A stretch of DNA of 32,000 nucleotides. Source: Erysipelotrichaceae bacterium MTC7. GTDB taxonomy: Bacteria; Bacillota_I; Bacilli_A; Erysipelotrichales; Erysipelotrichaceae. Location: NCBI GenBank assembly GCA_001695645.1, contig LVZN01000045.1, forward strand, positions 84,653 to 116,652. The letters run 5' to 3'. A model generated the notes under the pieces. The model was not told the origin of the DNA and did no database searches. It saw nothing but the letters and a program-made list of their open reading frames with translations. Shown here piece after piece: positions 16,343-26,889 of the stretch; the stretch's first letter is position 1, and every line of letters starts with the position of its first letter. The position numbers and the translations under genes are program-made.

Positions 16343-19300
16343 ATGAAACATTTACTTACGACCTTAGCGCACAATGATGCATGTAAAGCTTTTGCCAGTA
16401 GAAGTAATCAGCTGGGAAATCTAAATGCAATGGAAGAAACGTTAATGATTGCTTCCACCTATGAAAAGAAAAAGGAAAGCATGCTTATCGTGAAACATAA
16501 TCTCTATTCAGCACAGCAACTTTATGAGCGGCTATCCCCCCTCTTAAAAGACAAGGTGCTGCTTTTTAGCGTGGAAGAAAGTATGCGTATCGAAGCATTA
16601 AGTGAAAACAATGAAGTGGTTGCCAATAAAATTGAAACACTGTATCGCTTGTTGCACGAAGATGACCTTGTCGTCATTAGCCATGTTGGTGCATACACAA
16701 AGTTTTTACCAGACCCAAAAGTATTTGCTCAACATATTGTCGATCTAAAAGTCGATCAAGAAATTAGTTATGATGATTTAAAGCGAACATTATTCGAAGC
16801 AGGATATGAAAAAGTAAGTTATGTCGATCAACCGCTTACTTATGCAACCCGTGGGGGAATCATTGATGTGTTTTCGATGAATTATGATTTACCTTTGCGT
16901 ATTGAGTTCTTCGATAACATCATTGATAGCATTCGTTTCTTTGATATCACAACAAAGAAAACCGTAAAACAAATCAAAGAAGCCACAGTTATTTGTGCAA
17001 GTGATATTCTTTTCTCAAAAACAGAAGAACAACAAATTATCGATAAATTGTATGCGAAATTCCCAGAAAGTGAGTTGCTTGATGATGTCCAAGAACGAAT
17101 GGAACGTAAAGATTTCTTGCCAGCTGACCGCGCGTTATATTCACTTACAGAAGAAAGTTATAGCATTCAAGATTATGGAAATTTTTCTTACCAAATTCTA
17201 AGTAGTTATGAAGACTGTGAAGAATATCATAAAAAGGTATTTGGTGAAAACGTTGCATACATTCAGGAAATGAGTGAAATCGGTGAATTGTTGCCAATTT
17301 ATACGATCGCTTACGAGTTTTATACGTTTACAAGAAAGGATATGAAAATCCATCGTTTTGTGAGCGTCAAAGAACCAATTTTTTCTAACATCAGCGAGTT
17401 ACAAACGTTAGATATTCCATTGGAACGAAAAGTGGAAGAGATTTTAACATATAACCAAAGTTATGAAGTTTACGTAAGTGTAAGCGAAATGGAGAAAGAG
17501 TTATTACTTCAAATAGATAAAGGGCTTGAACCACTGTTTGCAGCATTGCCATTAACCAATGGATTTATTGCCGCAAATGAAAAGATTGTGGTTTACACCT
17601 CACAAGAATTATTTGATACGGTGCACTATAAAGCACGTTACCAAAACAAATTTAAAAATGCAGAGGTGTTGCAACATTATCAAGATCTTCAACCTGGAGA
17701 TTTTGTGGTGCATAAACTTTATGGGGTTGGACAGTATCTTGGGATTGTCACAAGAGAAAAAGACAACATTCATAAAGATTACTTGAAGGTTGTTTATAAA
17801 GGTAATGACATTTTGTTTGTACCGTTGGAACAATTTCGCTTGGTGCGAAAGTTTGTGTCCAAAGAAGGTGTCAGTCCAAAATTGAATAAACTAGGAACAA
17901 AGGATTGGGAAAAAACCAAAGCCAAAGTAACAGAAAATGTAAAAGAACTTGCCGATCGTTTGGTAAAACTGTATTCTCTACGTGAAAAACATATCGGATT
18001 TGCATATTCCAAGGATACAGAACTGCAAAAAGCATTTGAAGCAGACTTTGATTATCCATTAACGCATGACCAACAAACGGCAACAAATGAAATCAAAAAA
18101 GATATGGAAAGTGAAGTGCCAATGGATCGCTTGTTATGTGGAGATGTAGGGTTTGGAAAAACCGAAGTTGCTTTACGTGCAGCTTTCAAAGCCATTATGG
18201 ACAATAAACAAGTTGCGTTCTTATGTCCAACGACGATATTAAGTTTGCAACATTTACAGACGGCGGTGAATCGTTTACGCAATTTCCCAGTGAATGTGAA
18301 AGTCGTCAATCGTTTTGTATCCACAAAAGAAACGACGCAAATCAAAAAAGATTTGGCTGAAGGCAAGATAGATCTTTTAATTGGAACGCATCGACTGTTA
18401 TCAAAAGATATCAAATTTAAAGATTTGGGTTTATTGATCATTGATGAGGAACAACGCTTTGGGGTAGAACATAAAGAGAAGATTAAAGAATTAAAGACAA
18501 CCATTGATGTTCTAAGTTTAAGTGCAACCCCAATTCCAAGAACCTTACAGATGTCACTTGTTGGAATTCGTTCTTTGTCACAACTAAACACGCCACCTGT
18601 CAATCGTTTAAGTGTGCAAACCTATGTAATAGAAAAAGACTATGGTTTAATTAAAGAAGTCATTGAGCGTGAGCTTTCACGAAATGGACAAGTGTTTTAC
18701 GTATACAACAAAGTGAAGAACATTTATAGTGTAGCTAACAAACTGGCAAAAGATATGAAAGGCGTTCGCTTTGGAGTGGCACATGGACAAATGTCAAAAG
18801 AATACTTGGAAGATGTTATGTTACAATTTACCAATAAGGAATACGATGTCCTCATTTGTACAACGATAATTGAAACAGGAATTGACATTCCAAATGCGAA
18901 TACGATTTTGGTCGAAGATGCAGATAAATTTGGACTGTCGCAACTGTACCAAATCAAGGGTCGGGTTGGACGGAGCAGTCGCTTAGCGTACGCATACTTG
19001 TTATATGCTCCAAACAAACAGTTAACGGAGATTGCCACAAAACGTCTACAATCGATGAAAGATTTTGCCAAACTTGGTTCTGGATATCAAATAGCCTTAC
19101 GTGATTTAACCATTCGTGGTGCAGGAGAGATGCTAGGACCAAAACAAGCAGGGTTTATTGATACGGTAGGAATTGATATGTATTTAGAAATGCTTAACGA
19201 TGCCATTAAGGAAAGCAAAGGGATTAAAATTGAACCGGAAAAAGAAATCATCCGGACCAATGTTAAAGTTGATGCCTACATTCCTGAAGCGTTTGAAGAA

Positions 19301-19687
19301 GAGGATTATGAGAAATTATCACTCTACCAACAAATCGATGGCGTAACTAAGTTAAGTAAGTTATCCAAACTGTATCAAGATACAAGTGATCTCTATGGAA
19401 AGTTACCCAAACAGGTGGACCTATTGTTTGAAAAGAAACGTTTGGATTTACTCGTGAATGAAAAACACGTGGATAGTTTTAGAGAAAAAGACAAAGAGGT
19501 CGAAGTTTTATTTAGTGAAGCTTGGAGTAGTAAAGTAGATGGGATTCAGCTTTTCCAACTAGCTACGACAATTTCAAAAGATATTAAAATTGCATACTTG
19601 CATAAAAAGATTGTTGCAAAAATGCCAAAAAGTAAAAACTATCTTGAATTAATGATTGAATTTATAGCCCAATGCGGCAAATTATAG
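16343..19687 (+). CDS. mfd: Transcription-repair coupling factor Mfd
   Basis: 1114 aa. RNAP-interacting/CarD-like segment (GDFVVHKLYGVGQY), SF2 helicase motifs (GDVGFGKTEVA, DEEQRFG, SATPIPRT, QLYQIKGRVGRS) and a TRG/C-terminal domain. Follows pth, as in Bacillus. Confidence 0.95.
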   Translation: MKHLLTTLAHNDACKAFASRSNQLGNLNAMEETLMIASTYEKKKESMLIVKHNLYSAQQLYERLSPLLKDKVLLFSVEESMRIEALSENNEVVANKIETLYRLLHEDDLVVISHVGAYTKFLPDPKVFAQHIVDLKVDQEISYDDLKRTLFEAGYEKVSYVDQPLTYATRGGIIDVFSMNYDLPLRIEFFDNIIDSIRFFDITTKKTVKQIKEATVICASDILFSKTEEQQIIDKLYAKFPESELLDDVQERMERKDFLPADRALYSLTEESYSIQDYGNFSYQILSSYEDCEEYHKKVFGENVAYIQEMSEIGELLPIYTIAYEFYTFTRKDMKIHRFVSVKEPIFSNISELQTLDIPLERKVEEILTYNQSYEVYVSVSEMEKELLLQIDKGLEPLFAALPLTNGFIAANEKIVVYTSQELFDTVHYKARYQNKFKNAEVLQHYQDLQPGDFVVHKLYGVGQYLGIVTREKDNIHKDYLKVVYKGNDILFVPLEQFRLVRKFVSKEGVSPKLNKLGTKDWEKTKAKVTENVKELADRLVKLYSLREKHIGFAYSKDTELQKAFEADFDYPLTHDQQTATNEIKKDMESEVPMDRLLCGDVGFGKTEVALRAAFKAIMDNKQVAFLCPTTILSLQHLQTAVNRLRNFPVNVKVVNRFVSTKETTQIKKDLAEGKIDLLIGTHRLLSKDIKFKDLGLLIIDEEQRFGVEHKEKIKELKTTIDVLSLSATPIPRTLQMSLVGIRSLSQLNTPPVNRLSVQTYVIEKDYGLIKEVIERELSRNGQVFYVYNKVKNIYSVANKLAKDMKGVRFGVAHGQMSKEYLEDVMLQFTNKEYDVLICTTIIETGIDIPNANTILVEDADKFGLSQLYQIKGRVGRSSRLAYAYLLYAPNKQLTEIATKRLQSMKDFAKLGSGYQIALRDLTIRGAGEMLGPKQAGFIDTVGIDMYLEMLNDAIKESKGIKIEPEKEIIRTNVKVDAYIPEAFEEEDYEKLSLYQQIDGVTKLSKLSKLYQDTSDLYGKLPKQVDLLFEKKRLDLLVNEKHVDSFREKDKEVEVLFSEAWSSKVDGIQLFQLATTISKDIKIAYLHKKIVAKMPKSKNYLELMIEFIAQCGKL

Positions 19688-19694
19688 GAGGAAT

Positions 19695-19970
19695 ATGCGA
19701 TTAGATAAATACCTGAAAGTAGCACGAATTTTGAAACGAAGAAGTGTTAGTAAAGAACTCGCGGATCAAGAACGTGTACTCGTCAACGGACGTAGAGCAA
19801 AGCCAGCGACGAATGTTGAAATTGGTGATACGATTACGATACAATTTGGAAATCGTGAGTTGACCGTCAAAGTATTGGATACACCAAAGCAAGTATCTAA
19901 AAATGATGCAACACTCATGTTTGAAATTATCGAAGAAAAACGTATCGATACTAGAAAGGAAGAATTGTAA
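19695..19970 (+). CDS. rqcP: S4-domain RNA-binding protein, YabO/RqcP (Hsp15-like) family
   Basis: MRLDKYLKVARILKRRSVSKELADQERVLVNGRRAKPATNVEIGD is an S4 fold. Conserved position after mfd. Confidence 0.8.
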   Translation: MRLDKYLKVARILKRRSVSKELADQERVLVNGRRAKPATNVEIGDTITIQFGNRELTVKVLDTPKQVSKNDATLMFEIIEEKRIDTRKEEL

Positions 19971-20128
19971 TGGAAACAGAAGGAATGAACATTGAATATC
20001 TAATCAATGAGATACTGGCAATTCCTATGTGCAATAAGAGTAAAGAGGAATTGGAGAAAATGTCATACATCGAATTGTTGGACCTACGCGATAGTCTCTA
20101 TGGCGTAAATCTTGAATTCTTTAAATAA
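19970..20128 (+). CDS. Candidate 52-aa small ORF (METEGMNIEYLINEILAIPMCNKSKEELEKMSYIELLDLRDSLYGVNLEFFK)
   Basis: My own reading; below the track cut-off. Its ATG overlaps the rqcP stop (TAATG), and it fills the whole rqcP-divIC gap. No homology evidence available. Confidence 0.3.
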   Translation: METEGMNIEYLINEILAIPMCNKSKEELEKMSYIELLDLRDSLYGVNLEFFK

Positions 20129-20163
20129 AACAAGTAAACTATATATTATATAAGGAGCATTTC

Positions 20164-20460
20164 ATGGCACAAACAAAGAAAAAAAGAAAACCATCACATT
20201 ATGTCATTCTTTTGTTGCTGCTTGCAGCATCAACGTTTTTCGTATTTCAAGTTGTTAAAGAAGTTAGAATTACGTTATCTTTGCGTGAAAACATCTCCGA
20301 ATATGAAAGTGAGTTGAAATCTTTAAAAGCTGAAAAAGCAAAATTTGAAGACCAAAAAAGCAAATTGAACAATGAAGAATACATTGTCAACTACGCAAGG
20401 GGAAAATACAATCTCACCAAAGGTGATGGCGAACAAGTGTTCAAATTACCAGAAGATTAA
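20164..20460 (+). CDS. divIC: Septum formation initiator, FtsB/DivIC family
   Basis: Basic N-terminus, single TM segment, then a coiled coil (ESELKSLKAEKAKFEDQKSKL) and NYARGKY. SD AAGGAG. Synteny after mfd and yabO. Confidence 0.8.
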   Translation: MAQTKKKRKPSHYVILLLLLAASTFFVFQVVKEVRITLSLRENISEYESELKSLKAEKAKFEDQKSKLNNEEYIVNYARGKYNLTKGDGEQVFKLPED

Positions 20461-20475
20461 TCAAGGGAGGATTTT

Positions 20476-21207
20476 ATGTTTAATCGTCAACTAGCAAAGT
20501 CAAGAGCCAAAGGTATCTTGCATCGTAACATGATATTTTTGGGAGCACTTGCTGCAATTCCAATTATATTTAATTTTTTAGGAAACCGCATTGGTCCAGA
20601 AATCACGTTTAACATACCAGCAGCAACGGAAACATTAACACAAGCGCAAGTTGATAGCATGATGGATGCATTAACAGCTTCTGCACTAATTAGTATTCCG
20701 TATACAATATTGTTGTCATTGGTTGTGGCGTTCTTAAGCTACTTTACAATGGTTGCAGCCGGATATCTTACAAAAAATCCGGAAAGTGACAGTGTTCCAA
20801 TTTCTAATATTGTTTCATTGGGAGGATTCATCAAATACGTTCTTAAAGTATTTGTGAAAAATCTACTTATTGGATTAGGGTTAATCTTATTTGTGATTCC
20901 AGGGATTTACTTGTCATACCGTTTCTATCTAGTCGAACAAATTGCAGTGGATCGTCCAGACTTCGGAATTGGAGAGACGTTAAGTGAAGCTGGCTTATTA
21001 AGTAAAGGTAGTAAGTTTGATTTCTTTGTCTTGGATTTATCATTCATTTTATGGAACATTTTGTCTGTTTTCACTTTTGGTATCTCTGATTTATACGTTC
21101 AACCATACATTTTGTTAACGCACTTTGATGTGTACGAACAATTAAAAGAGCGTTTGTATCCAGATGAAGAGTTACACAATGAATTTGTAAACTCGGTTGA
21201 GTTTTAA
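20476..21207 (+). CDS. DUF975-family integral membrane protein
   Basis: The N-terminal MFNRQLAKSRAKGILHRN pattern and multi-TM layout are typical of DUF975. SD AGGGAGG. Confidence 0.6.
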   Translation: MFNRQLAKSRAKGILHRNMIFLGALAAIPIIFNFLGNRIGPEITFNIPAATETLTQAQVDSMMDALTASALISIPYTILLSLVVAFLSYFTMVAAGYLTKNPESDSVPISNIVSLGGFIKYVLKVFVKNLLIGLGLILFVIPGIYLSYRFYLVEQIAVDRPDFGIGETLSEAGLLSKGSKFDFFVLDLSFILWNILSVFTFGISDLYVQPYILLTHFDVYEQLKERLYPDEELHNEFVNSVEF

Positions 21208-21226
21208 TTACAACTTATTTTGAATG

Positions 21227-21256
21227 AAAAGCTTGATCTTCGGATTGGGCTTTTTT
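21227..21256 (+). terminator. Rho-independent terminator (UUCG loop)
   Basis: AAAAGCTTGATC-TTCG-GATTGGGCTTTT hairpin with a T6 tail. Confidence 0.7.
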
Positions 21257-21271
21257 GCTTGATACCAATGA

Positions 21272-21299
21272 TTGCTTTTGTGCTTCAAAAAGGTATAAT
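21272..21299 (+). promoter_or_regulatory. Sigma-A promoter TTGCTT-16-TATAAT, 7 nt before the lipoprotein ATG
   Basis: TTGCTT at 21272-77 and TATAAT at 21294-99. No SD between the -10 and ATG 21307. Confidence 0.55.
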
Positions 21300-21306
21300 T
21301 AAGACT

Positions 21307-22077
21307 ATGAAATTGATAAAGAAGATGACAATCATCAGTGCAATTTGCTGTTGCATGTTGGTTGGTTGTACAAGCACAAAAACAGATGAAGATGGCATGA
21401 AAACACTAAATCGGGCAATTGCGAAAACCGATGAAGCCAAACACAGTACGGGTGAAAGTGTTATGGGTCTTGAAATCTTAAGTGATGCAGGTTCTGGCGA
21501 AGAAAGTATGAGTGTTCGTGTTTTGATGGATTTTACGATGAATCATATTGATGATTTAGAAAAGACGCAAGCAAAAGTGGTGATGAGTACCGATAACTCA
21601 GGAGTGAAAGAAACCATTACAATGTACAGTACGGGTGGGTATATCTACAGTGAAGTAAACGGACAAAAAGTAAAAACTGCACTTGATAAAGAAACTGACA
21701 CAGTGACTGAATCAACCAAACTTCAAAGTTTTGGTGAAACAAACATTGAGTCTTTACAGTTGAAAAAAGAAGGAACATCACAAATTGCAACGGTAGAGTT
21801 GAAAGAATCATTTATGAAAACATTCGTTGCGGATCGTTTAGGCGAGTCTCTAACAGGATTGATGATTACGGATGATATGATTGATGTTGATAGCAGTACG
21901 GTGACGTATCGTATTGATGCAAATGGGTATGTTGATAAGCAAAATCTATCGTTTGATTTCTACGTAAAGCAAAATAATCAAAAGTTAAAAATGAAAATAT
22001 ACTACCAAAATACATATAGTAGCTTTATGAAAAAACAAATTGAATTTCCAGATTTGGATGACTATGTTGAGCAGTAG
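21307..22077 (+). CDS. Putative lipoprotein, function unknown
   Basis: Trimmed to MKLIKKMTIISAICCCMLVGCTSTK, a signal peptide with lipobox LVGC. The upstream part of the track ORF contains a terminator and a promoter. Confidence 0.7.
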   Translation: MKLIKKMTIISAICCCMLVGCTSTKTDEDGMKTLNRAIAKTDEAKHSTGESVMGLEILSDAGSGEESMSVRVLMDFTMNHIDDLEKTQAKVVMSTDNSGVKETITMYSTGGYIYSEVNGQKVKTALDKETDTVTESTKLQSFGETNIESLQLKKEGTSQIATVELKESFMKTFVADRLGESLTGLMITDDMIDVDSSTVTYRIDANGYVDKQNLSFDFYVKQNNQKLKMKIYYQNTYSSFMKKQIEFPDLDDYVEQ

Positions 22078-22107
22078 AGAAAGTACGTGAACTTTTTCTA
22101 CTGTTTT
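22074..22107 (+). terminator. Rho-independent terminator after the lipoprotein gene
   Basis: GTAGAGAAAGT-ACGTGA-ACTTTTTCTAC hairpin followed by TGTTTT. Confidence 0.6.
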
Positions 22108-22182
22108 CATTTTGTACAATGGTGAAGTTGTTGTTTCCCTTTCAATCAAGTTGTAAAAATAGTAAAATAAAGAAAGGTATAT

Positions 22183-23070
22183 ATGAGAAAAACAAGGAAT
22201 ATTACAGAAGGAGCTATGATGATTGCAATGGTTGCAATCCTTCTGATCATAAATCGACAAATCGCAGGTGTGCTTGAAGAGATGATTTTCTGGCTGTTAA
22301 GTATTCCTTTAATTGTGTATATGGTACGCTATGATATACAAAGTGGATGCATTGTTGCCTTTTCATGTATTTTAACTTCGATCTTGTTTTCATCAATGAC
22401 AGGAATAATCTTATTGACATCAAGTATGTTGATTGGGTTGTGTTATGGAGTTGGATTGAAAAAAGGTTGGAAAAATGCAACGCTTTTACTACTGGCTATT
22501 GTTTCGCAACTGCTGGTTAGTGGCTTAACCGTGATTGTGTTTGGGCACATTTTCGGCTATGATTTAATTCATGAACTTGCCGATATGACAGGGATGATGG
22601 AACGTGTAGGAATTGCGGCTGGGGCAAAGACGATTGCGATGCTTGTGATACTCGTTGTCTACATTGGTTCAGCGATTATGCAAGGAATCATTATCCATGT
22701 GGCAAGTCATATCATATTGATGCGGCTACGCATAAAAGTTGCTCCTTTAAAGCCAATCACACAAGTGCGGTTACCCAAAGTACTTGGGCTTGCAGCATTT
22801 GTTGGTTTGATGGTTTATGCACTGAGTCGATTTGTCGATGTTGGTGCAAAATATGAAGAAGTCATGGTGATTGTTTACTTGGTTAGCATGTTAATTGCCC
22901 TAACAAACGGTGTGCTTGAATGCATTCGTTATGGAAGTAGTCGAGGAAATAAAGGGATTGTAGTGGGTGGCTTGATTGCATGTTTTATCCCGGTTGTACA
23001 AAACATTATCATGTGTTTAGGTATTTATGTAAGTTTTGGTGGAAGTCTAGAAAAACTTTTAGGAAAATAG
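22183..23070 (+). CDS. yybS: YybS-family (DUF2232) membrane protein
   Basis: Polytopic membrane protein immediately upstream of gdpP-rplI-dnaB. This is the conserved Firmicute yybS-yybT-rplI-dnaC arrangement. Confidence 0.65.
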   Translation: MRKTRNITEGAMMIAMVAILLIINRQIAGVLEEMIFWLLSIPLIVYMVRYDIQSGCIVAFSCILTSILFSSMTGIILLTSSMLIGLCYGVGLKKGWKNATLLLLAIVSQLLVSGLTVIVFGHIFGYDLIHELADMTGMMERVGIAAGAKTIAMLVILVVYIGSAIMQGIIIHVASHIILMRLRIKVAPLKPITQVRLPKVLGLAAFVGLMVYALSRFVDVGAKYEEVMVIVYLVSMLIALTNGVLECIRYGSSRGNKGIVVGGLIACFIPVVQNIIMCLGIYVSFGGSLEKLLGK

Positions 23071-23079
23071 GAGAGTGCT

Positions 23080-25062
23080 ATGAAATATTTCGAAGGAATT
23101 CGGATGCAGGTCGTTGTATTACTTGTCCTTGAATCCATTGCTCTAATTTTATTGTTGGCAATTGGATTAATTGATGCGGCGATTCCGTTGATTATCATTT
23201 TTATCGTAAATGCAGTATTTGTGGCATGGACGATTAATTCGATTCAAAATGCTAGAGAAAATGAAGCCGTTAACATTTCTGAAATTTTAGGGAATGAAGC
23301 TGGTGGTGCATTTTCATTTGGTAAAGTTGGTATAATTACGTACAATGAACAATTTGAAGTTTTATGGATTAGTAATTTCTTGGTCGATCGCGGCTATAAA
23401 AATCTTGTTGGGAAAAAGGTTACGACATTTGTGCCTGCCATTGAAGATCTTTTACAAGGTGGACAAGATACCGTTGTTGGTACCAAAAAAGAATACACGT
23501 ACGAAATTTCAAGAAAAGGTCAAGAACACGTGTTGTTTGTTCGTGATATTAGCTTGTATAGCGATTTGAAAGATCGCTTCAAACGTGAATCGCTTGTTTT
23601 GGGACTGGTACATATGGATAACTACCAAGACATTCAAGCATTTGAAGATGAAACAACCATTACGAACGTAAACTTGAATTTGCGTCAACCAATTGTTGAT
23701 TGGGCAAACAAGCATGGTATTTGTATTCGACGCTTGCGTAGTGATCGTTTCTTTATGGTTCTAGATGAAGAAATCTATCAACAAATTCTAGGTGAGAAAT
23801 TTGATATCTTAAATTACATCCGTAACAAAGCTGCAGAAATAGATGTGAATATAACACTATCGATGTCCTTTGCGCGCGGTGAAGAAAAACTAAGCGAATT
23901 GGATGGCAAAGTGAGTGACTTGCTAGAACTTGCCCAAAGTCGTGGTGGTGACCAAGTTGCCAGTCAATTAAACGATGAGGATATTAAGTATTATGGTGGA
24001 AAAAGTGAAGCTAAAAGTACACGTTCACGTGTCCGGGTTCGGGTTATGGCACAAGCGATTAAAGATGTGATGCAAGATAGTGATCAAATCTTTATTACGG
24101 GTCATAAAGAAATGGATTTTGACTGTATGGGTAGTAATTTGGCCTTGTCACGCTTGGCTCAGTTTTATAAGAAAAAGACATACATAGTGAGTCAAAGTGG
24201 TGGAATTGAAAAGCACACCAAGGAAGCTATGGTATACTTTGGTTCTAGTTTGGAAAATAGACATACGTTTATTACACAAGAAGAAGCTTTACGTATGCGT
24301 AAGAAAAACGACTTGGTGATTGTGAGTGATTATCACAATCCAGCGCAAAGTAACGCGCAGGAATTGGTCGAAAAAGCCGAACGTATCTTGGTGATTGATC
24401 ACCATCGTCGGGGACCAGACTTCGTGAAAAAACCATTGATTGTATATTTAGAAAGTAGTGCAAGTAGTACTTGTGAATTGATGACTGAACTCATTGCATA
24501 TCAACCAGGAAAGGTTGATATCAATGATGCGGAAGCAAGTATTATGTATTTAGGAATCGTGATTGATACCAACCATTTCCAAATGCGTACAGGGTTTCGA
24601 ACGTTTGAAGCTTGTGCACAGTTGAAAAAATGGGGTGTGGATCCGATGCAAGTGGAAACCTTGTTGAAAGAAGATTACACGGAATTCGAAGAAAAAATCA
24701 ATGTTTTGAAATATGCAAAAAAATTCAATGATAACATTTTGATTTCGTGTGTTGAAGATAGCCGGATTATGACGCGATCGCTGATGTCGATTGGAGCAGA
24801 TGAACTGCTTGCTATTAGAAATATTGAAGCAGCCTTTGTGGTTGCAAGAATTAATGAAAATCAAGTTGCGGTGTCTGCCCGAAGCAAAGGTGTGGTCAAC
24901 GTACAGGTGATTATGGAAGCAATGCACGGTGGTGGTCATTTTACGGCCGCAGCTGTACAAAAAGAAAGTATGACAAGCGAAGAACTGTATGAAGAACTCG
25001 AAGCAGCAATTCGCAATTATTTGAATCAGGAGGACACAAGTTATGAAAGTAATCTTACTTGA
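23080..25062 (+). CDS. gdpP: Cyclic-di-AMP phosphodiesterase GdpP (YybT): 2 TM, PAS-like, degenerate GGDEF, DHH/DHHA1
   Basis: Two N-terminal TM helices, DHH motif (LVIDHHRRG) and DHHA1 motif ([11 protein letters not shown]). Length and synteny fit. Confidence 0.9.
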   Translation: MKYFEGIRMQVVVLLVLESIALILLLAIGLIDAAIPLIIIFIVNAVFVAWTINSIQNARENEAVNISEILGNEAGGAFSFGKVGIITYNEQFEVLWISNFLVDRGYKNLVGKKVTTFVPAIEDLLQGGQDTVVGTKKEYTYEISRKGQEHVLFVRDISLYSDLKDRFKRESLVLGLVHMDNYQDIQAFEDETTITNVNLNLRQPIVDWANKHGICIRRLRSDRFFMVLDEEIYQQILGEKFDILNYIRNKAAEIDVNITLSMSFARGEEKLSELDGKVSDLLELAQSRGGDQVASQLNDEDIKYYGGKSEAKSTRSRVRVRVMAQAIKDVMQDSDQIFITGHKEMDFDCMGSNLALSRLAQFYKKKTYIVSQSGGIEKHTKEAMVYFGSSLENRHTFITQEEALRMRKKNDLVIVSDYHNPAQSNAQELVEKAERILVIDHHRRGPDFVKKPLIVYLESSASSTCELMTELIAYQPGKVDINDAEASIMYLGIVIDTNHFQMRTGFRTFEACAQLKKWGVDPMQVETLLKEDYTEFEEKINVLKYAKKFNDNILISCVEDSRIMTRSLMSIGADELLAIRNIEAAFVVARINENQVAVSARSKGVVNVQVIMEAMHGGGHFTAAAVQKESMTSEELYEELEAAIRNYLNQEDTSYESNLT

Positions 25063-25492
25063 AGACGTGAAGAAAGTCGGTAAAAAAGGAGAAGTTGTGG
25101 AAGTCGCTGATGGCTATGGAAGAAATTTTTTAGTCGCACGTGGCTTAGCAGTCGTAGAATCAAGCACAGCAAAAGCGGTGTTGAAGCAACAAAATGCGGA
25201 ACATGAAGCAAGTGAAGCGCAAAAAGAAGCAGATGCAGAAGCATTAAAAGCAAAATTAAAAAAAGCGGTTGTTGAATTTAAAGTGAAAACGGGTGAAGGT
25301 GGTCGTGTCTTTGGTTCGGTTTCAAGCAAACAAATTGTCGAAGGTTTACGCAAACAACACGATATCAAAATTGATAAGCGCAAATTGATTGATGTACATA
25401 ATGTGGCAAGCTTAGGAACAACATTGGTAAAAGTAGATTTATATAAGAATAAGGTGATTGGTGAAATTAACGTTCATCTATCTGAGAAATAG
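25043..25492 (+). CDS. rplI: 50S ribosomal protein L9
   Basis: [30 protein letters not shown] is the canonical L9 N-terminus. SD AGGAGGA. Overlaps the gdpP 3' end by 20 nt. Confidence 0.95.
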   Translation: MKVILLEDVKKVGKKGEVVEVADGYGRNFLVARGLAVVESSTAKAVLKQQNAEHEASEAQKEADAEALKAKLKKAVVEFKVKTGEGGRVFGSVSSKQIVEGLRKQHDIKIDKRKLIDVHNVASLGTTLVKVDLYKNKVIGEINVHLSEK

Positions 25493-25503
25493 AAGGTTAG
25501 ACT

Positions 25504-26889
25504 ATGAACAATGTATACCCACACAGTGTGGATGCTGAACAGGCGGTTTTAGGTGCCTTATTAATCTATAATGATGCAGTTGAAGTTGCCTATGAACAAG
25601 GGTTGAAAGAAGAAGATTTCTATCAAGAAGCGCACCGCACGATTTATCGAGTGATGATGGACTTGATGGATGTAGGACAACCCATCGACCCTAACAATGT
25701 GATTTCAAGATTGGAAGATCGTAAAGAGTTGGCGATTGCTGGAGGTGCGGATTACATCATTGATTTGATGAATACTGCCATTTCAAGCGCGAACGTAAAA
25801 TCCTACATTGACAACATTAAAGACAAAAGTAAACGTCGTCAAATGATCTCGATTGCGGAACAAATTAGAGCAGAGGCATTTGATACAAGTACAGACTTGG
25901 AAGAACAATTGGATGAAGCGGAAAAACAAGTGTTAAGTTTAACGCGAAACCGTCGGGTTAACGATTTCCAAAGTTCAAAAGTCGTCGTTAAAAACGTTAT
26001 TGAAAATATCGAAGAATTACGTAAATCACCAGGTGGAATTACCGGTATTGAAACTGGTTATAAATTATTGGATAGCATTACCAATGGTTTTCAACGTGGG
26101 GATTTGATTATTTTGGCTGCACGACCATCTGTAGGGAAGACTGCGTTTGCTTTAAACTTAGGTTTGAACGCTGCGAAAATTAACCGTCAAAAAAGTGGTG
26201 GAGTTGTCGCAATTTTCTCTCTGGAAATGCCAAACGAACAACTGATTCGTCGTATGCTAAGTGCCCAAGGAAGTATCAAAGGGGACACGTTACGAACGGG
26301 ACAGTTAAATAACGATGAAATGAATCGTTTATTTGAAGCAGCACAAACCATCGGAGCCGTCAATTTGTTTACCGATGATTCTTCATCGATTAAAATGGCG
26401 GAAATATTCTCAAAATGTCGTAAATTAAAAGCAGACATGGATGATCGTTTGGACTTAGTTATTATTGACTACTTACAGTTGATTTCTGGTAGTGGAAAAC
26501 GCAGTGGTGAAAACCGTCAACAAGAAGTATCGGAAATCTCACGTAGTTTGAAAATGCTTGCCAGAGAGCTAAACGTTCCGGTCATTGCACTTTCCCAATT
26601 ATCGCGTTCCGTGGAACAACGAACGGGAGATAAAGCAAGACCGATGCTATCCGATTTACGTGAATCGGGAGCAATTGAGCAAGATGCGGATATTGTTATG
26701 TTCTTGTCGCGGGATGATTATCAAAAAACCGATGATGCACCTAGTGATGATGAAGATAGCATCGATGTTGAAGTATCGATTCAAAAACACCGGAATGGTC
26801 GAATCGGAAACCTTACCTTGAAATTCCAAAAATCCATCAACAAGTTTGTTAATATAGCAGCATCACGTTATGAAGGAGAGTATCAATGA
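25504..26889 (+). CDS. dnaB: Replicative DNA helicase (DnaB family; DnaC in Bacillus nomenclature)
   Basis: N-terminal PHSVDAEQAVLGALL, Walker A ARPSVGKTAF, Walker B VIIDYLQL, SQLSR and RNG motifs. Confidence 0.95.
   Translation: MNNVYPHSVDAEQAVLGALLIYNDAVEVAYEQGLKEEDFYQEAHRTIYRVMMDLMDVGQPIDPNNVISRLEDRKELAIAGGADYIIDLMNTAISSANVKSYIDNIKDKSKRRQMISIAEQIRAEAFDTSTDLEEQLDEAEKQVLSLTRNRRVNDFQSSKVVVKNVIENIEELRKSPGGITGIETGYKLLDSITNGFQRGDLIILAARPSVGKTAFALNLGLNAAKINRQKSGGVVAIFSLEMPNEQLIRRMLSAQGSIKGDTLRTGQLNNDEMNRLFEAAQTIGAVNLFTDDSSSIKMAEIFSKCRKLKADMDDRLDLVIIDYLQLISGSGKRSGENRQQEVSEISRSLKMLARELNVPVIALSQLSRSVEQRTGDKARPMLSDLRESGAIEQDADIVMFLSRDDYQKTDDAPSDDEDSIDVEVSIQKHRNGRIGNLTLKFQKSINKFVNIAASRYEGEYQ

Noticed and set aside
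17609-19142. Several minus-strand ORFs (up to 183 aa) antisense to mfd, plus + strand alternative-frame ORFs within it
   Set aside because: They are embedded in the clearly identified mfd reading frame, have no RBS and show no recognisable motifs. Spurious.
25043-25062. 20-nt overlap between the gdpP 3' end and the rplI start, considered as a possible frameshift or mis-annotation
   Set aside because: Both proteins have complete, family-typical termini. rplI has its own AGGAGGA inside the gdpP tail. This is an ordinary overlapping gene pair.
24550-25383. Minus-strand ORFs (136, 70 and 89 aa) opposite gdpP and rplI, and the Cys/Trp-rich 96-aa alternative-frame ORF inside the Na/Pi transporter (14170-14460)
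   Set aside because: These are shadow ORFs of strongly supported genes. Their composition is typical of out-of-frame translation.
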